A stretch of 64,000 bases of DNA from Eledone cirrhosa (lineage: Eukaryota): contig OZ024745.1 of assembly GCA_964016885.1 (NCBI GenBank), positions 128,464,001 through 128,528,000 on the forward strand. The letters run 5' to 3'. Of this stretch, positions 27,086 through 41,169 are shown in pieces (position 1 is the stretch's first letter; each line of letters opens with the position of its first letter). The position numbers and the translations under genes are program-made. The notes beneath the pieces are model-generated. The model saw nothing but the letters and a program-made list of their open reading frames with translations, ran no database searches and was not told the origin of the DNA.

Positions 27086-27487
27086 ATACCTTCTTGTCAG
27101 ATTATTGAACTTTTGAAAGTATATACTTTCCTTATGCATATTAACGGCTGAGCAACCTAATTTGCATATCGAGTGAGTTAATCGGCCGGGCGTACCGAAA
27201 ACGATAAATGGAAAAGAATGAAATGAAATGAAATTTCTCACTCTTAGTACGGCTGATACTTGAATATAAGTATGTATACATACATACATATATGTATACA
27301 GACGTACAGTAGTATGTATATATATACATACATGCACACATATATATATATGTACGTATTTGTCAGTGTTGAACAAAAGGGCAACGATGGTTGCCGAACA
27401 CTGTACGGCTTAATTCGGGATGTTTGTTTACAAACAAACCGAACATTATAATAAATGTTCGGTAAACCCATACGCACATATATATAA

Positions 27488-27524
<37 letters not shown>

Positions 27525-27587
27525 CAGATGTTTGTCTGTGTGTATGAGTGTGTATATGTATGCAATCTTATACTTTGGTATATACAT

Positions 27588-27630
<43 letters not shown>

Positions 27631-27939
27631 CGCATACGTACGTTGAGAAATAAATGCACATCCTAAAAACATTCGTACACGAATTTAGCAATGTATTTGT
27701 CTGTAGTTAAATTCAACACATTTGCTGCTTATATCGCTGTCATCTGTAAACTGTTATATAAATGTATACTCCTTGGCATCAACGATTATATTGCCAAAAA
27801 TTCTTCTATGAGAAGTTAAGTACTTCTGATTAGTTCTTTATGTGTCAACAGAAATGGTAGATTATATTCTTAACATAGTAATTTCGATTCGGGCTATCCA
27901 AGAATAACGATAATAGTAATAAAACTAATAAGAATAATT

Positions 27940-28192
27940 CTTGTTGCTACTGTTGATGATGTTGCTGTTGCTGTTGTTGTTGTTGTTGCTGTTGTTGTTG
28001 TTGTTGTCGTTGTTATTGCTGTTGTTGTTGTTGTTGTTTTTATTATCATTGTTGTTGTTGTTTTTGCTGCTGTTGTTGTTGGTGTTGCTGTTGTTGTTGT
28101 TGCTGTTGTTGTTGTTGCTGAGTTGTTGCTGAGTTGTTGTTGTTGTTGTTGTTGTTGTTGTTGGTGTTGTTGTTGTTGTTGTTGTTGTTGTT

Positions 28193-28233
<41 letters not shown>

Positions 28234-28340
28234 TGTTGCTGCTGTTGTTGTTGCCGTACTTGCTGTTGTTGTTACTGTTGCCATTGTTGTTGTTGTTGTT
28301 GTTGTTGTTGCTGCTGCTAGTATTGTTGTTGTTGTTGTTA
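27940..28340. repeat. (GTT/GTC/GCT)n trinucleotide repeat
   Basis: Directly visible. Confidence 0.9.
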
Positions 28341-28774
28341 CTTACGTTACTACGAACATATGGAAGACTTTGAAGATTATTCTAGACTAAAATATCATGT
28401 GTTATTATTTATATTTACATTACGCATTCGTTGGTTCGATTTCCGATTGTTGTCTGGTGTTAATTTCTAGATATGTAAATAATTATAGCTGTCGACAGGC
28501 TAGCCACCTCTTGCATCCCCTTCTTTCGTTCTTTTAGTGATATCGTGTCTCCCTATTATGGACTTTCAAGATGATGAAGACGTGCATTGGTTTAGCTAAA
28601 CCAAGACTGCATATCTCAGACACCAACGACATTTTAATGTATTATGCATATGCAAAAATCAAGGGCGACTTGAGAATCCCGAAAGATCTTCTCTATACAA
28701 CAACCTCTGTATGTCAACACGATGAGGAAACTATTTCATAACTGCTAAACGTATTTTATTTCTAGAATAATAAA

Positions 28775-29180
28775 ATTGTTTCTACTTTTGGCACAAGGCC
28801 AGCAATTACCCAGTGCATTACTGGTACTTTATTTTATCGACCCCGTAAGGATGAAAGGCAAAGTTAACCTCGGAGGAATTTGAACTCAGAATGGCAAGGG
28901 CCGTAACTCTATACGTCAAAGCATGGCATCCGACCCTCTACCGATACCGCCGATGATAATAATAATAATAATGTTTTCTTATATAGTCATAAGGCCAGCA
29001 ATTGGGGGGGGAGTCGATTAAATCGACCCCAGTGCGTGACTGGTACTTTATTTTATCGACCCCGTAAGGATGAAAGGCAAAGTTAACCTCGGTGGGATTT
29101 GAACTCAGACAGTAAAGCGGCATAACTCTATGCTGTAAAGCATGGCGTCCGATCCTCTACCGATACTGCCAATCCACCGC
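28775..29180 (-). mobile_element. Two dominant-family SINE copies
   Basis: Full head-core-tail motifs, twice. Confidence 0.85.
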
Positions 29181-29299
29181 CCTATAATAATAACAATAAT
29201 AAACAAGAAAAGGAAACAAAAGAAAAAATAGGAAAATATAGAGAAAAAAAAGAGAAAAAGAAAGAAAAAAGAACGGGAAAGGGGAGGGAATGGCAAGAA

Positions 29300-29530
29300 C
29301 TCTGGTGTCACAGAAGAGAGGGGAAGCGTGAAGGGGAGGATGATTGGGCTTTGGGCCTAGGGCAAGGGGGAAGAACGGCTGCGCCCCGTGGACATGACCG
29401 CGAAATCATTCCCGCGGACAATGGCCAGTGACACCCACTGCAAAAGCCACCCAACCTCGCAGGGCCTCCTTCCTCAGACGGGCCACTGAGATTCCGATCT
29501 TGCAGAGGGGCTCGGCTGTACGGGGTTATT
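29300..29530 (-). mobile_element. Possible CRE-like element C-terminal fragment
   Basis: Minus-strand translation ..EVGWLLQWVSLAIVRGNDFAVMST.. resembles the CRE/RLE C-terminal motif WL.QR.S.AI.RGNA. Confidence 0.5.
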
Positions 29531-29859
29531 CAAGTGATGTGTTGTAAATAGTTCCATGTGAGATATCATATACGAAACTATATTGTCATTGAAGATGTTT
29601 AACCTATAACGTTGACTGGAGCACCACCGGACAATGTCTGTCATTTTCAGTTTCTTGGTTCCCTTGAGTAAATAACTAAGATTTTCTTAAAACAGTCGTA
29701 AATATTTTTCTCAATTCTCACCTGAGTAGCAGACCTGTCAATTCTCCCCGTCCGACGACGAGATCTCTCACCGACTTTTGTGGGGGTAAGAGATGTCTTC
29801 TCTTGTGAAAATGGTTATAGCTTTTATTATGTAAAATCTTCCCATTTGCCTTATTTCCC

Positions 29860-29980
29860 CCCGTTTGGAGACACTTTTTTTCAGGATTCTCCGCGTTTGG
29901 GGACACTTTTTTTCAGGATTCTCCGCGTTTGGGGACACTTTTGTTCAGGATTCTCCCTGTTTGAGAGCACTTTTTTTCAT
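29860..29980. repeat. ~32-bp tandem repeat (~3.5 copies)
   Basis: TTTTTTCAGGATTCTCCGCGTTTGGGGACACT repeated. Confidence 0.85.
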
Positions 29981-30399
29981 GGTACACCCCGTTTACGTTT
30001 TTAGAGGTTGGCAGGTCTGGAGTTGGGCTTTGACGATGGACACTATCGTTATACAATTTTGGAATGGAGGAATTATGCAGAGAACTTGCAAAAGGAGAGA
30101 TGAACGAAGTCTAAAAAAGTTACATATGCCTAACATTTACAAAATAGTTAGGCGTATAAAAACTCCAACACAAAATAGAAGGTTTTACGTACATGCTTAA
30201 CTACTAAGGTCCATACATTCCTACCTGCCTACCTACATATATACGTACATATCTACCAACATGCCAGCCTGCATATATATATATATATACTGTAAATACA
30301 TACATACATACATACATACATACATACATACATACATACATACATACATACATACATACATACATACATACATACATACATACATACAAACATACATAC

Positions 30400-30598
30400 A
30401 TGGTGGAACCTGAAAATAAAAACTGCCACCAAATTAAAGCACAACCGGCCTGATATTGTAGTTTGGGACCACACATTGAAAACGTGTTCTGTTGTGGAGA
30501 TCAGCTGCCCACTTGGTGTAAACGTTGTCAGAAAAATACAGGAGAAGGAGGACATCTACGGACCATTGATGAGGAGTTTACAAATCCAGTATCCAAGA
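30400..30598 (+). mobile_element. R4/Dong-like RLE endonuclease fragment next to (CATA)n
   Basis: Frame WWNLKIKTATKLKHNRPDIVVWD..CSVVEISCP..QEKEDIYGPL, homologous to 51866-52792. Confidence 0.85.
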
Positions 30599-30689
30599 AA
30601 AAAATATACTCGAAATTAAGAGAAAGAGAAAACATACATATTCATACATACATATATACATTCTTACGTACGTACATTGATACATACAT

Positions 30690-30868
30690 ACATGGTGGCT
30701 GCCAACTCGTTTTCGAGTACGGCCACTACTTTATATCCATGTAGGAGAACCCCTACCGATGCGCTGAACGAGTGTGACTTTTTAGTCCAGCCAGCGACTT
30801 GAAAACTCTGGTACAAACACTACACTTGTGACAATTATTGACACATAGTGCTGGGCCCATGGTACCAT
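30690..30868 (-). mobile_element. RTE (BovB-like) 3' end with C2H2 finger
   Basis: CSVCTRVFKSLAGLKSHTRSAH, then 3' stem-loop CTCG-AAAA-CGAG and (TATG)n tail; near-identical copy at 53345-53521(+). Confidence 0.8.
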
Positions 30869-31519
30869 CCATACATACATACATACATACATACATACAC
30901 ACATACATACATACATACATACATACATACATACATCCATACATACATACATACATACATACATACAAACATACACACATACATACACACATACATACAT
31001 ACATACATACATACATACATACATACATACATACACACATACACACAAACATCCATCCATCCATCCATCCATCCATACATACATACATACAAACATACAT
31101 ACATATATACATACACACATACATCCATCCATCCATACATACATACATACATACATACATACATACATACATACATACATACATACATACATACATACAT
31201 ACATACCAGCCCGTTTTACTTCATTGCCACCTAAGGTATGAAGACAAACAGGTATGATTGATTCTGAAATTTGTTTCTTATTTTCTTTACAACCACACCA
31301 AAGTATGATGAAGGGCAAATACAGCTGAAAATCTGACAGATAATCCACACACACACACATACGCACACAAACGCACACATATATACACAGATACATACAC
31401 ATACAAACACACACACATACACGCAAACACACACAAACATACACACACACCTTCAACATACATACGCTCAAACACATACACCAAACACACACACCCTCAA
31501 CACACATACGTGTGTGTTG

Positions 31520-31553
<34 letters not shown>

Positions 31554-31797
31554 TGTCCTTACGGCATCAACATATGTTAACCTTGGTCTTCCACTTCCAT
31601 ATATATGAATAGAAGAGAAAACAGATAGCTAGAGAGACTGGCAGCTATGTAGATATGTGAATGGATATGTATATGTATATATGTATGTGTGTGTGGGGGG
31701 GGGGGTATGAGTGTGTGTTTGTGTGCATGTGTATGTGTGTGTATGTGTGTGTGTGTATATGTGTATGCGTGTGTGTGTGTGTGTGTGTATACATATG

Positions 31798-31831
<34 letters not shown>

Positions 31832-31985
31832 ACAAAGGAAGTGTGGTAAGAAACCAGGTGGACCATAGCGTACTAGAGTACTCGATACCTTAGGTAGTAG
31901 AGTGGGTAATAGGGAAAAGAGTTAGGACCCCACGGGCTGTCGAAACGGCCGGAGCTGAGCTGTCAGGGTCCTGACTTTTTTCCCA

Positions 31986-32052
<67 letters not shown>

Positions 32053-32266
32053 TATATATATATAAGCTTTCACCGTATTTTTTAACTAAAGACATTTTAG
32101 CCTGATAGTGGGGTTTAGAACCCTCAGAGAAATGGAAAAGGATGAGTATTGACGTATATGGCGTATATGGCATGTGGGGATAAAGGACCAATCAACCGAG
32201 ACAATCCTCACAATTTTCCGACCGAAACTCCCTTTACGGATAAGGAAAATAACCCATGTATATATG

Positions 32267-32312
<46 letters not shown>

Positions 32313-33385
32313 TAAAATTGTATGTGTGTATATATGTATACATACACACATACTTGCATACACACATACATACATACATACATACACAGATAATTGTTTC
32401 TACTTTTGGCACAAGGCCAGCAAGTATCCCAGTGCATTACTGGTACTTTATTTTATCGACCCCGTAAGGATGAAAGGCAAAGTTGACCTCAGCGGGATTT
32501 GAACTCAGAATAACGGTCAATCTTCTCAACCATTCGCTCATGGCTTCAGTGGGAGTGTAAACATCGATTGACAAACGAGTGTTTTTCGTTAGTTCATCCT
32601 GATGTTGGGTTCATTTCAACTTACAGGAAAGAACCAACAGCAAACAACGGAATATGATCCATCGCCCTCTCTTTGGAGTATCCAACATCTTTAACTCCCT
32701 TACAAAGCACACGAAGCCTTAATCCTTACTTAAAGCAGTACACCATTTTAAGTATCGCATGCAACAAGTTAACTACACCGAGTTGACATTCACCGTAATG
32801 GCAGTAAATAATACCGTCAAGCTAACCTGATAAACCTCTCCACCATTCTACAACTACCACCTCAACTACACCACCACTCTCTCCAGCCACCCGTTTAAAC
32901 ATCCACCCGAGCACCTCATTCTTGGTAACACCCTCCCCTCTCTTACCCTCCGTGCACATGGTATACAACGGCGATCAGTCAGCTAAATGTTGAATGTCAA
33001 GTGGTAGTTGCTAGCTTGTAACATAACATGGTTATCTTAAACGTTGTGGTTGGCTTTTAACATGCACATATACACACACACACACACGCACACACGCACG
33101 CACACCGAAACAAGTGCACACATACATACACACACACACACACCTACACGTATACACATACATATGTACACATACATGCATATAAACATATATACATATA
33201 TACGCGCACATACATACATATACACACATGCATACATACATATTATACATACATAAATACATACGTACGCACAGACACATGAATATATACATACATACAT
33301 ACATACATACATACATACATACATACATACATACATACATACATACATACATACATGCATATATACATACATATATATGTACGTA

Positions 33386-33489
<104 letters not shown>

Positions 33490-33649
33490 TACAAATGCCT
33501 AAATACATGCATATGTGCATACGCTCATACAAGCATACATACATATATACATACGCGCACAAACACACACACTCCCATGCATAGTTGCACATATATACAT
33601 AAACAGGCATAATCAGTGGCACACATACATACATACATACATACATACA

Positions 33650-33683
<34 letters not shown>

Positions 33684-33882
33684 CATACATACATACATAT
33701 ATATGTATATATACATATATATTTATATATATATATATACATATATATATAAACACAGGTACAGGGACACGCAAAATACACACACACATACACGCACACA
33801 CACACACACACACACACATACACGCACGTTCATTTGTGGAGAAATCTACACGGACATAAACATAAGCAATGTTTTACTTCAA

Positions 33883-33962
33883 AATAAAGTGCAACCGGAA
33901 GAAGCCATTTTCATCGGAATAAACCGGAAGTAACCATTTTATTCACGCTAAACCGGATGTAA
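33883..33962. promoter_or_regulatory. Promoter-like cluster of ETS and YY1-like motifs
   Basis: ACCGGAAG, ACCGGAAGT and ACCGGATGT spaced ~29-30 bp apart, with GCCATTTT/ACCATTTT between them. Confidence 0.35.
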
Positions 33963-36334
33963 ATATTACAGTTCAATCTCAACAGGAAATAGCCGTTGCA
34001 GTTGTACTAAACTACAGGAGAACAACGCATTTTGAGGACGAATAACAATAGTAGTGATAAACAACAATAACAATAACAACAGCAACAAGGAGCCTGTATG
34101 TGGGTGTTTAAGCTGCTAGAAATAACAGCGAAATCAACAACTCTATTGCCGTATCCGGCTAGAATTCCCTCACCTCTTCCTGTTTGAAATGGCTGTAACC
34201 GGCCACTCATACTGATGCTGAGGTATTGTTCTCAAAATAAATAATATCAAAATCTCGTAGATTCGATATTGTGTGAGATAATTATGTAAGGTAAATTCTT
34301 TACTAAGAAAATATAATAGTATATATACAGTAATGCAAATATACAGTAATGCAAATGCTAAAAGGCTTCAGTGGATAATATGGCGGTAAAATACTAAATG
34401 TGTGAAATAAGTGGGAATGGCCACGCCTGGAAATCCTTTGATGATATGTCTGCTCTATCAGAGCAGACCTGGGACTAAACCAGAAGAACAAGTATTATGA
34501 TAACTACAATAAAGTACAAACAATAAAGAACAACAACAACTATTACAACAAAAATATATGGTAACATTAACTAAAAGTAAGGATATCACCAATTGTAACA
34601 CATACAAAAACAATAATTTCACAATATTGTAGAAATCTCAAACTGAGAAGTAGCTGTAAAACAGCCGGATGCTATTGGGCAGAGCAAAATGTCGGATTAA
34701 ATTATAACCTCATATTGAGCGAATGAAGCGTCAGAGAAGAAGGGAGAGTATCTAAAGTATGAAATATCAGTCATTTGAGAAGAAGAGGAAACCGCTTGTA
34801 TCTACTCAGTATATGACTGGTACTTTATTTCATCGATCGGGGAAGGAGGGTAGGCAAAGATGAACTCGGTGGAATTTGAATTCAGAAAATATAAGTTGAA
34901 GTGGTTACGGCTGGGACGCTTTTGATTAACAGCCACAACAATTAACAATGCCACCGCTGCTCACTTGGGTAAAGTTTCCTGCAAATATATGAGCGCCTCC
35001 GTAAAATCGGAACGTCAAAAGCCCGTGTCGCTGGCCATAGTCCGCAGAAATGTATTTGTAGTTTTGTCCGCGGGACGTAGCCGAAACATCGCCCTGACCT
35101 AGCTGTAGTGTCTATCACCCTCTCCCTCTCTCTCTCTTCCGTTGTCTCAGTCTTTTCTCTTTCCCTCCTTTTCTTCTCATTTATGGCACATATATTCCTT
35201 TCCTCTACTTTCATATACAGCCAGATCTGCCCTTCTCTACCCCTTCCCACTTTTTTCATTACTTAATTCTGTTTTTATCCTTTTTTTTTATATTTTCTAC
35301 GATTGTATAATTTTTTTTTTGTATAACTACGATTGTATAACTTTTACAGTTGATCTACAATTATTGACGTTTTTACTGCCGAGCCCTCAGTAGGAATATG
35401 GTGGAAGATGATTAAAGAGCAAAAGTGCTTTGTCACTCCAAGCCCTTACTTCACCAATACTGATCCCCCTCTTTATTAGTCATCATTTCAATCACCCTTC
35501 TACCACAGTTAGAGGACAGCAACAATAATAGTTTGTCAAAAGACAACAGTGAAAACAACAACAGCAATGTTTCAGCACCAGACGTTCTAGCGGCAAGAAT
35601 GACCCTTGACCAATTATACAACACAAAACAGAAAGGCTGCGTTATCAGAGTTAAAGGGAAGGCTTGAGGTGACGAAATGGGAAAATGTGTTGGGTAGAGG
35701 GAACCAAACCAGAACTAGGTCTTTGACCGACTGAGGTGGGTGCTTGTTACTCGATACCCCCTACACACACATACACATATACATGTGCTTATATATATAA
35801 ACAAACATAAATTATCGAGATTCGCATTTCGGCCCACTAAATAACGAAAAACAACCTCCGAGATGTGAGGCAAGTGCTCAATGGTTCAGATGAACCAGAG
35901 CTATAACACATATATATATGTATATGTGTGTGTGTGTGTGTGTAGCACCAAATTACACACATACAGAAACAGACGCACACACACACACAAGAATGTGCAC
36001 AGACGACTGAAGCACTGAAGTAACTCCTCGTATTTTTCTGGACGAAACTCTAATGATTTCTTCCTCTCCTACGTTACTATTTGCACAACTTACCTGTAAA
36101 GTCACCTGTCCTGTTCCAGCCATTAGACACCCATTAATGTACTCACTTCGCTGTTCTAGTCGAAAGACAGTTCGTTTTTCTTCGTTTGTCCCTATATTGT
36201 TGTATGATTGTATTGTCTCATGGCTATCTTTCCGCTGACCTATTCGGGCTATCGTGCAGCTTGGGACTTTGTTTGTTCTATATTCTCGTTTTCCATGTGT
36301 AACTTTGCTATTATTTATTATGCTGTAATGCTAC

Positions 36335-36634
36335 GAGGATTGGCAGTATTGGTAGAGAGTCGGACAATATGCTTTGCTTTCATTTACGTTCCAAGTTCAA
36401 ATCCTACCGAGTTTAGCTTTGTCTTTTATCCTTACAGGCACACTAAAATAAAGTACCAGTAACGCACTGAGGGCGGTTTAATCGACTCTCCCCCTCCCCC
36501 AAATTGTTAGCCTTGTGTCTAATTTAGAAGCCAATATATTGTAACGCCACGAATTACACTTTTGATTAGTGTTTACCTGCGCAAATACTCACCCTTTCAC
36601 TATCCCCTTCCCTCTTTCTCCCCCCTCTCTTTCT

Positions 36635-36671
<37 letters not shown>

Positions 36672-37356
36672 CACACAGATACGCACTTTTAATCGTTTCT
36701 TGTTTCTCTACTCTCGTTCTCCCCACTCCTCTCTGCCATTTGCTTGCTGACCCATGCTTAGTTGCAATCCTTAATGTTTCACTCAGTGACATCGAAAGTA
36801 CATATAACAGCTCTCCCGCTTATATTTGTATTCTTTTGGACCAAAATCTTTAATTATTTTTTCCCTTTCCTGCATTACCACGTGTCCAACTTACATGCAG
36901 CGCCACCTGTCTTGTTTCAGTCTTAAGACTTATTAATTATTGTTTCTACTTTAGGGATAAGGCCAGCAATTTGGGGTAAGGGGAAAGTCGATGAAATCGA
37001 CCCCAGTGTATTACTGGTGCTTTATTTTATCGACCCCCGTAAGGATGTAAGGCAAAGCTAGCCTCGGTGGGATTTGAACAGAGAACGTAAAGAGCCATAA
37101 CTCTATGCCACAAAGCATGTCGTCCAACGCTCTACCGATACTGCCAATCCACCATAATAATAATAATGTTTTTTTTTTATTTAGGCACAACGCCAATAAT
37201 TTTAGGGGAGGGGAAAGTCGAATCAATTGACCCCAGTGCATTACTGGTACTTTGCTTTTAACCTCGGCGGTATTTGAACTCAGATTGTACATAGGAACGT
37301 AACCCTATGCCATAAAGCATATTGTCCGACGCTCTACCGATACTGCAAATCTACCG
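36335..37356. mobile_element. Three dominant-family SINE copies (one +, two -)
   Basis: Same head/core motifs at 36335-36530, 36936-37153 and 37180-37356. Confidence 0.75.
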
Positions 37357-37630
37357 CTCTCAGGCTTGTTAATTATAATTTGTTTATGTAGTTGCTTCTT
37401 CTGTCTCCCTGTTGTATTGTCCTATATGCATCTTTCCGATGGGCTGTTCGGACCATCGCGCAGCCGGAACCTAATATCATACAACTGCGCCCTTAGTCAT
37501 GATCTTGAATAATCCAGTGAGTGAGATTGGTGAGGAAGATATGGAAGATATATGTTTTGTCCATTTGTCCTACGTTTTCCTTTTCAGCGTGCAATTTTGC
37601 TATTATATATACATATACATATATATATAT

Positions 37631-37687
<57 letters not shown>

Positions 37688-38339
37688 TTAAAATAACAGA
37701 TTAAAGTTTAAGCAAAGAATCGCTTAAGTTTCAGAAGATCCCGTTAAGGGTTAAAGCAGCGATTCTTTGCTTAAACTTTAATCTGTTATTTTAATAAATA
37801 TTTGCTCTACGGTTCTTATATATTTGATATATATTTATCCTTATTGAGCCCTCTTTGGATTTTAGTCTTTAAATTTATTATTATTACTATATATATATAT
37901 AGGGATATGTGTGTGTGCATGTGTATGTGTATGTGTATGTGTGTCTGTATGTTTGAGTGTGTGAGTCTGTGTTTGTGTGTGAGTCTGGGTGTGTGAGAGT
38001 GTGTGTGTGTGTGTGTGTGTGTATGTAAGCAGGTATGATGCATATATGTATGTCTGCGCATGTATATACGTATATGTATGTCTATGTAGCTGTCTATCGT
38101 TGTCTCTATCCTACTTATCTATCTCTGTATACATCTAGATTATACTGAACTGTGCATTATTGTTTATGATTTCTTTGGAGGAAGGTGAAACTAAGTAGCT
38201 AAAAATATTACAGTCGTTCTCAGGCTGATGATTTCTAATTAGTTGTGACAGAAGTTCACTTTGAACTTCTGTCGGCTGATACATGTATAAGAACGTGAAC
38301 AGGTACGAATTCCCAGATTGTTGTAGTTTTTGAGGGAGG

Positions 38340-38716
38340 AGTAATTGAGGAATCTTGAATTAGGGATGTGGTGCGAACATAGAGTAATTTCCGTTGGACT
38401 GTATGCAGGATGAGGCGGATACATTTGCTGACTTTCGTCAGGTTTTATGATGGTTGAGGTGAATATAGTGCGAGTGCTAGGTCAGGTGTTAATGTAGAAT
38501 GTGGTAGGTACCCTGAATGAGCCCTGGGTTGTATAGAACAAGGTTGTGACGGGGAGATTGAATGAGCTTCATTAGATTTTATACAGGATTTGGTGGATAG
38601 GTCGAGTGAATTTCGTCCTGTTTTATGCAATATGAAGAGAATACACCGACTGAGCTTCGTCGAGTTCTACGCAGAGTCAGGCACGTACATCGAGTGAGTT
38701 TCGTCAGGTTGTATAC
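38340..38716. repeat. Old degenerate ~44-bp minisatellite
   Basis: Recurrent motif ~(TC)GAGTGAGTTTCGTCAGGTTTTATGCA at ~44-bp spacing. Confidence 0.55.
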
Positions 38717-38717
38717 A

Positions 38718-38771
<54 letters not shown>

Positions 38772-38814
38772 GTAAGAATATTTTCGAAACAGCGAGCGAG
38801 TTTGAAATTATAAA

Positions 38815-38983
38815 CATAAGCTATCGCCGTATTTTGACTAAAGAAATTAAAGAAATTATTTAGCCTGATAGTGAGGTTAAGAACCCTCGGAGAAATGGAA
38901 AAAGATGAGTATTGACGTACATGGGAGTACGTCAATACTCATCTTTTTTCATTTCTCCGAGGGTTCTTAACCCCACTATCAGG

Positions 38984-38985
<2 letters not shown>
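38815..38985. mobile_element. Fold-back element in (TA)n (family L)
   Basis: TAGCCTGATAGTG.GGTTAAGAACCCTCGGAGAAATG...GACGTAC and its reverse complement; single-arm homolog at 32072-32260. Confidence 0.85.
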
Positions 38986-39030
<45 letters not shown>

Positions 39031-39330
39031 TTGCGACAATAAACAAAAAACAAAAAAAACAACGTGGAAGCGAAGAGGCAGTACAGATGATTCCGGCCTT
39101 GTTCTAGGTTGAAACGATTGTAAGTGATTAAATGTTTTAAACACTTTTTGATTGTCATTTATGTTGTATATTGTATTTTGACTCTGTACTATACTTGGTA
39201 TTTTACATTGAGCTATTTTTATACTTGTAATTGGGTAACATTTATTATTACCCACATTATATATAGAGAGATTTTATATAAACTGCAATTATATATATAT
39301 ATATATATACACTGATGAAGGACAAACTTT

Positions 39331-39410
<80 letters not shown>

Positions 39411-39580
39411 CATATTGTATAAAGCTATGCTTGAAGCGAAATCTTATTTCTTTTCTATTATAAGTTGAGCCAACTTCTGCAGCTTCATATGCAAATGAGA
39501 TTAATCACCTCATTTACAGAGACGAGAAAACTATATATTCTCAGCTGTCTTCTAGTCCAGCATTCACAAGCGGTGGGAGG

Positions 39581-39626
39581 GATCATCCTGACGATGGCCA
39601 GTCAAGCCTGAAATGCATAGACGGTT
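39581..39626 (+). ncRNA. Type I hammerhead ribozyme in a 320-bp repeat unit
   Basis: GATCATC-CTGACGA-T-GGC-CAGTCAA-GCC-T-GAAA-TGCA-TA-GACGGTT. Confidence 0.8.
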
Positions 39627-40011
39627 GTCCCCCTTGCTTCTGCTGGACATCACCAGAGGGCGTTAGCACCGGTGTTTACATAGCTACGGCTTCCTAAAAC
39701 CGTATTTCTTTGGAGATACGAAATTTCTATACATATTGTATAAAGCTATGCTTGAAGCGAAATCTTATTTCTTTTATATATATCATTTATTTTTTATCAT
39801 TTATTTTGTTTTGACCTGTTTAGCTTGATTTGATTTTTGGCTTGCGTGATTAATGCCTTCTTGACCACCTTTACAGTTTTGTATGGCTTCTTAACACAAT
39901 GTTTAGCTCTGGTTTTTAACTATTGGGCACTTTGCCAGTATCATTTCTGATTTTTGCGTTTCGCTTCGCTTTTCCTCCCCGCCGAAATGCGATTCTCGCT
40001 GAATTTTTATT

Positions 40012-40125
<114 letters not shown>

Positions 40126-40272
40126 GTAAGAGGTGAGTTTTATTGTAGCACAATAAAGCAATGCAAATATCGGATAAGTAGCACTCAACAGTTTATAGGA
40201 CTGGAGTATAAATAATATAAAATCAAAAGATGATTAAAAGAGTTTTATTTTATTATGCGCATTTCATCTGAT

Positions 40273-40343
40273 TATTTTATCTGATGAGAACGCAAATATC
40301 ATCCCATGATGATATTTGTTTTTGAAATGCGCATAATAAAATA
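40273..40343 (+). ncRNA. Intact type I hammerhead ribozyme
   Basis: TATTTTAT-CTGATGA-GAACGCAAATATCATC-CCAT-GATGATATTTGTTTTT-GAAA-TGCGCA-TA-ATAAAATA: 8-bp stem I, palindromic stem III. Confidence 0.9.
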
Positions 40344-40365
40344 CATAATAACCATCTTTTGATTT

Positions 40366-40442
<77 letters not shown>

Positions 40443-41169
40443 CATATATATATTTGATGATGGGGTCGAGTAGCAGGCACCTACCCAGTCGATCAAAGAC
40501 CTAGTTGTGGTTTTGTTGTAAATTTTCAACCTGATTACCTTACACTTGTTGGTTCTCCTTGGATTAAGAATGTATGGGAGGTGCCCCATGAAACCTAGCT
40601 CCTCACTATAGCCACTACAAGTAAGGGTTTCTTAAAATAGAGTGCGACCCCATTAAATCTAAAGCTAACACCACCTCTTCCACCATTATCGCTTCCATCT
40701 TCATAACCATCAGTTCTACTCCCTCGCCGTCCTCCAGGGTAATGTATTCTCCATGATGTCGGCCAGGACCCTGAGGCGGAGGGTAAGTTAGTTGGAGGTG
40801 GAGGATAATTGTTCGGACGTCTCAGATTTCCTCTTCTTTCCAGAAGTTATTTCTAGAAAGGAGTTACTTACACACTAGTAAACACTCCCCGGTACTACCA
40901 ACACCATATCCACATACGCTATGTTTACTATTCCCCACCCTCACCCACCCAACAACACAGCCACCGCCAACAAGAGGGACCCAGAGCAAATGGAGGAAGT
41001 CCCTCCCTGGTGGCTCGACATGCCAGAAATAACAGCTAAATCTGTCTCAAATTACGCTCTATCGCCTTTAAATAAAAATACACTGTTGGTACACTGTCTC
41101 TGCAGAAAAAACAGGATGGTCACATCTGGAATAGCTTTTATCATAGATCAACATCTCTACAACAATATT

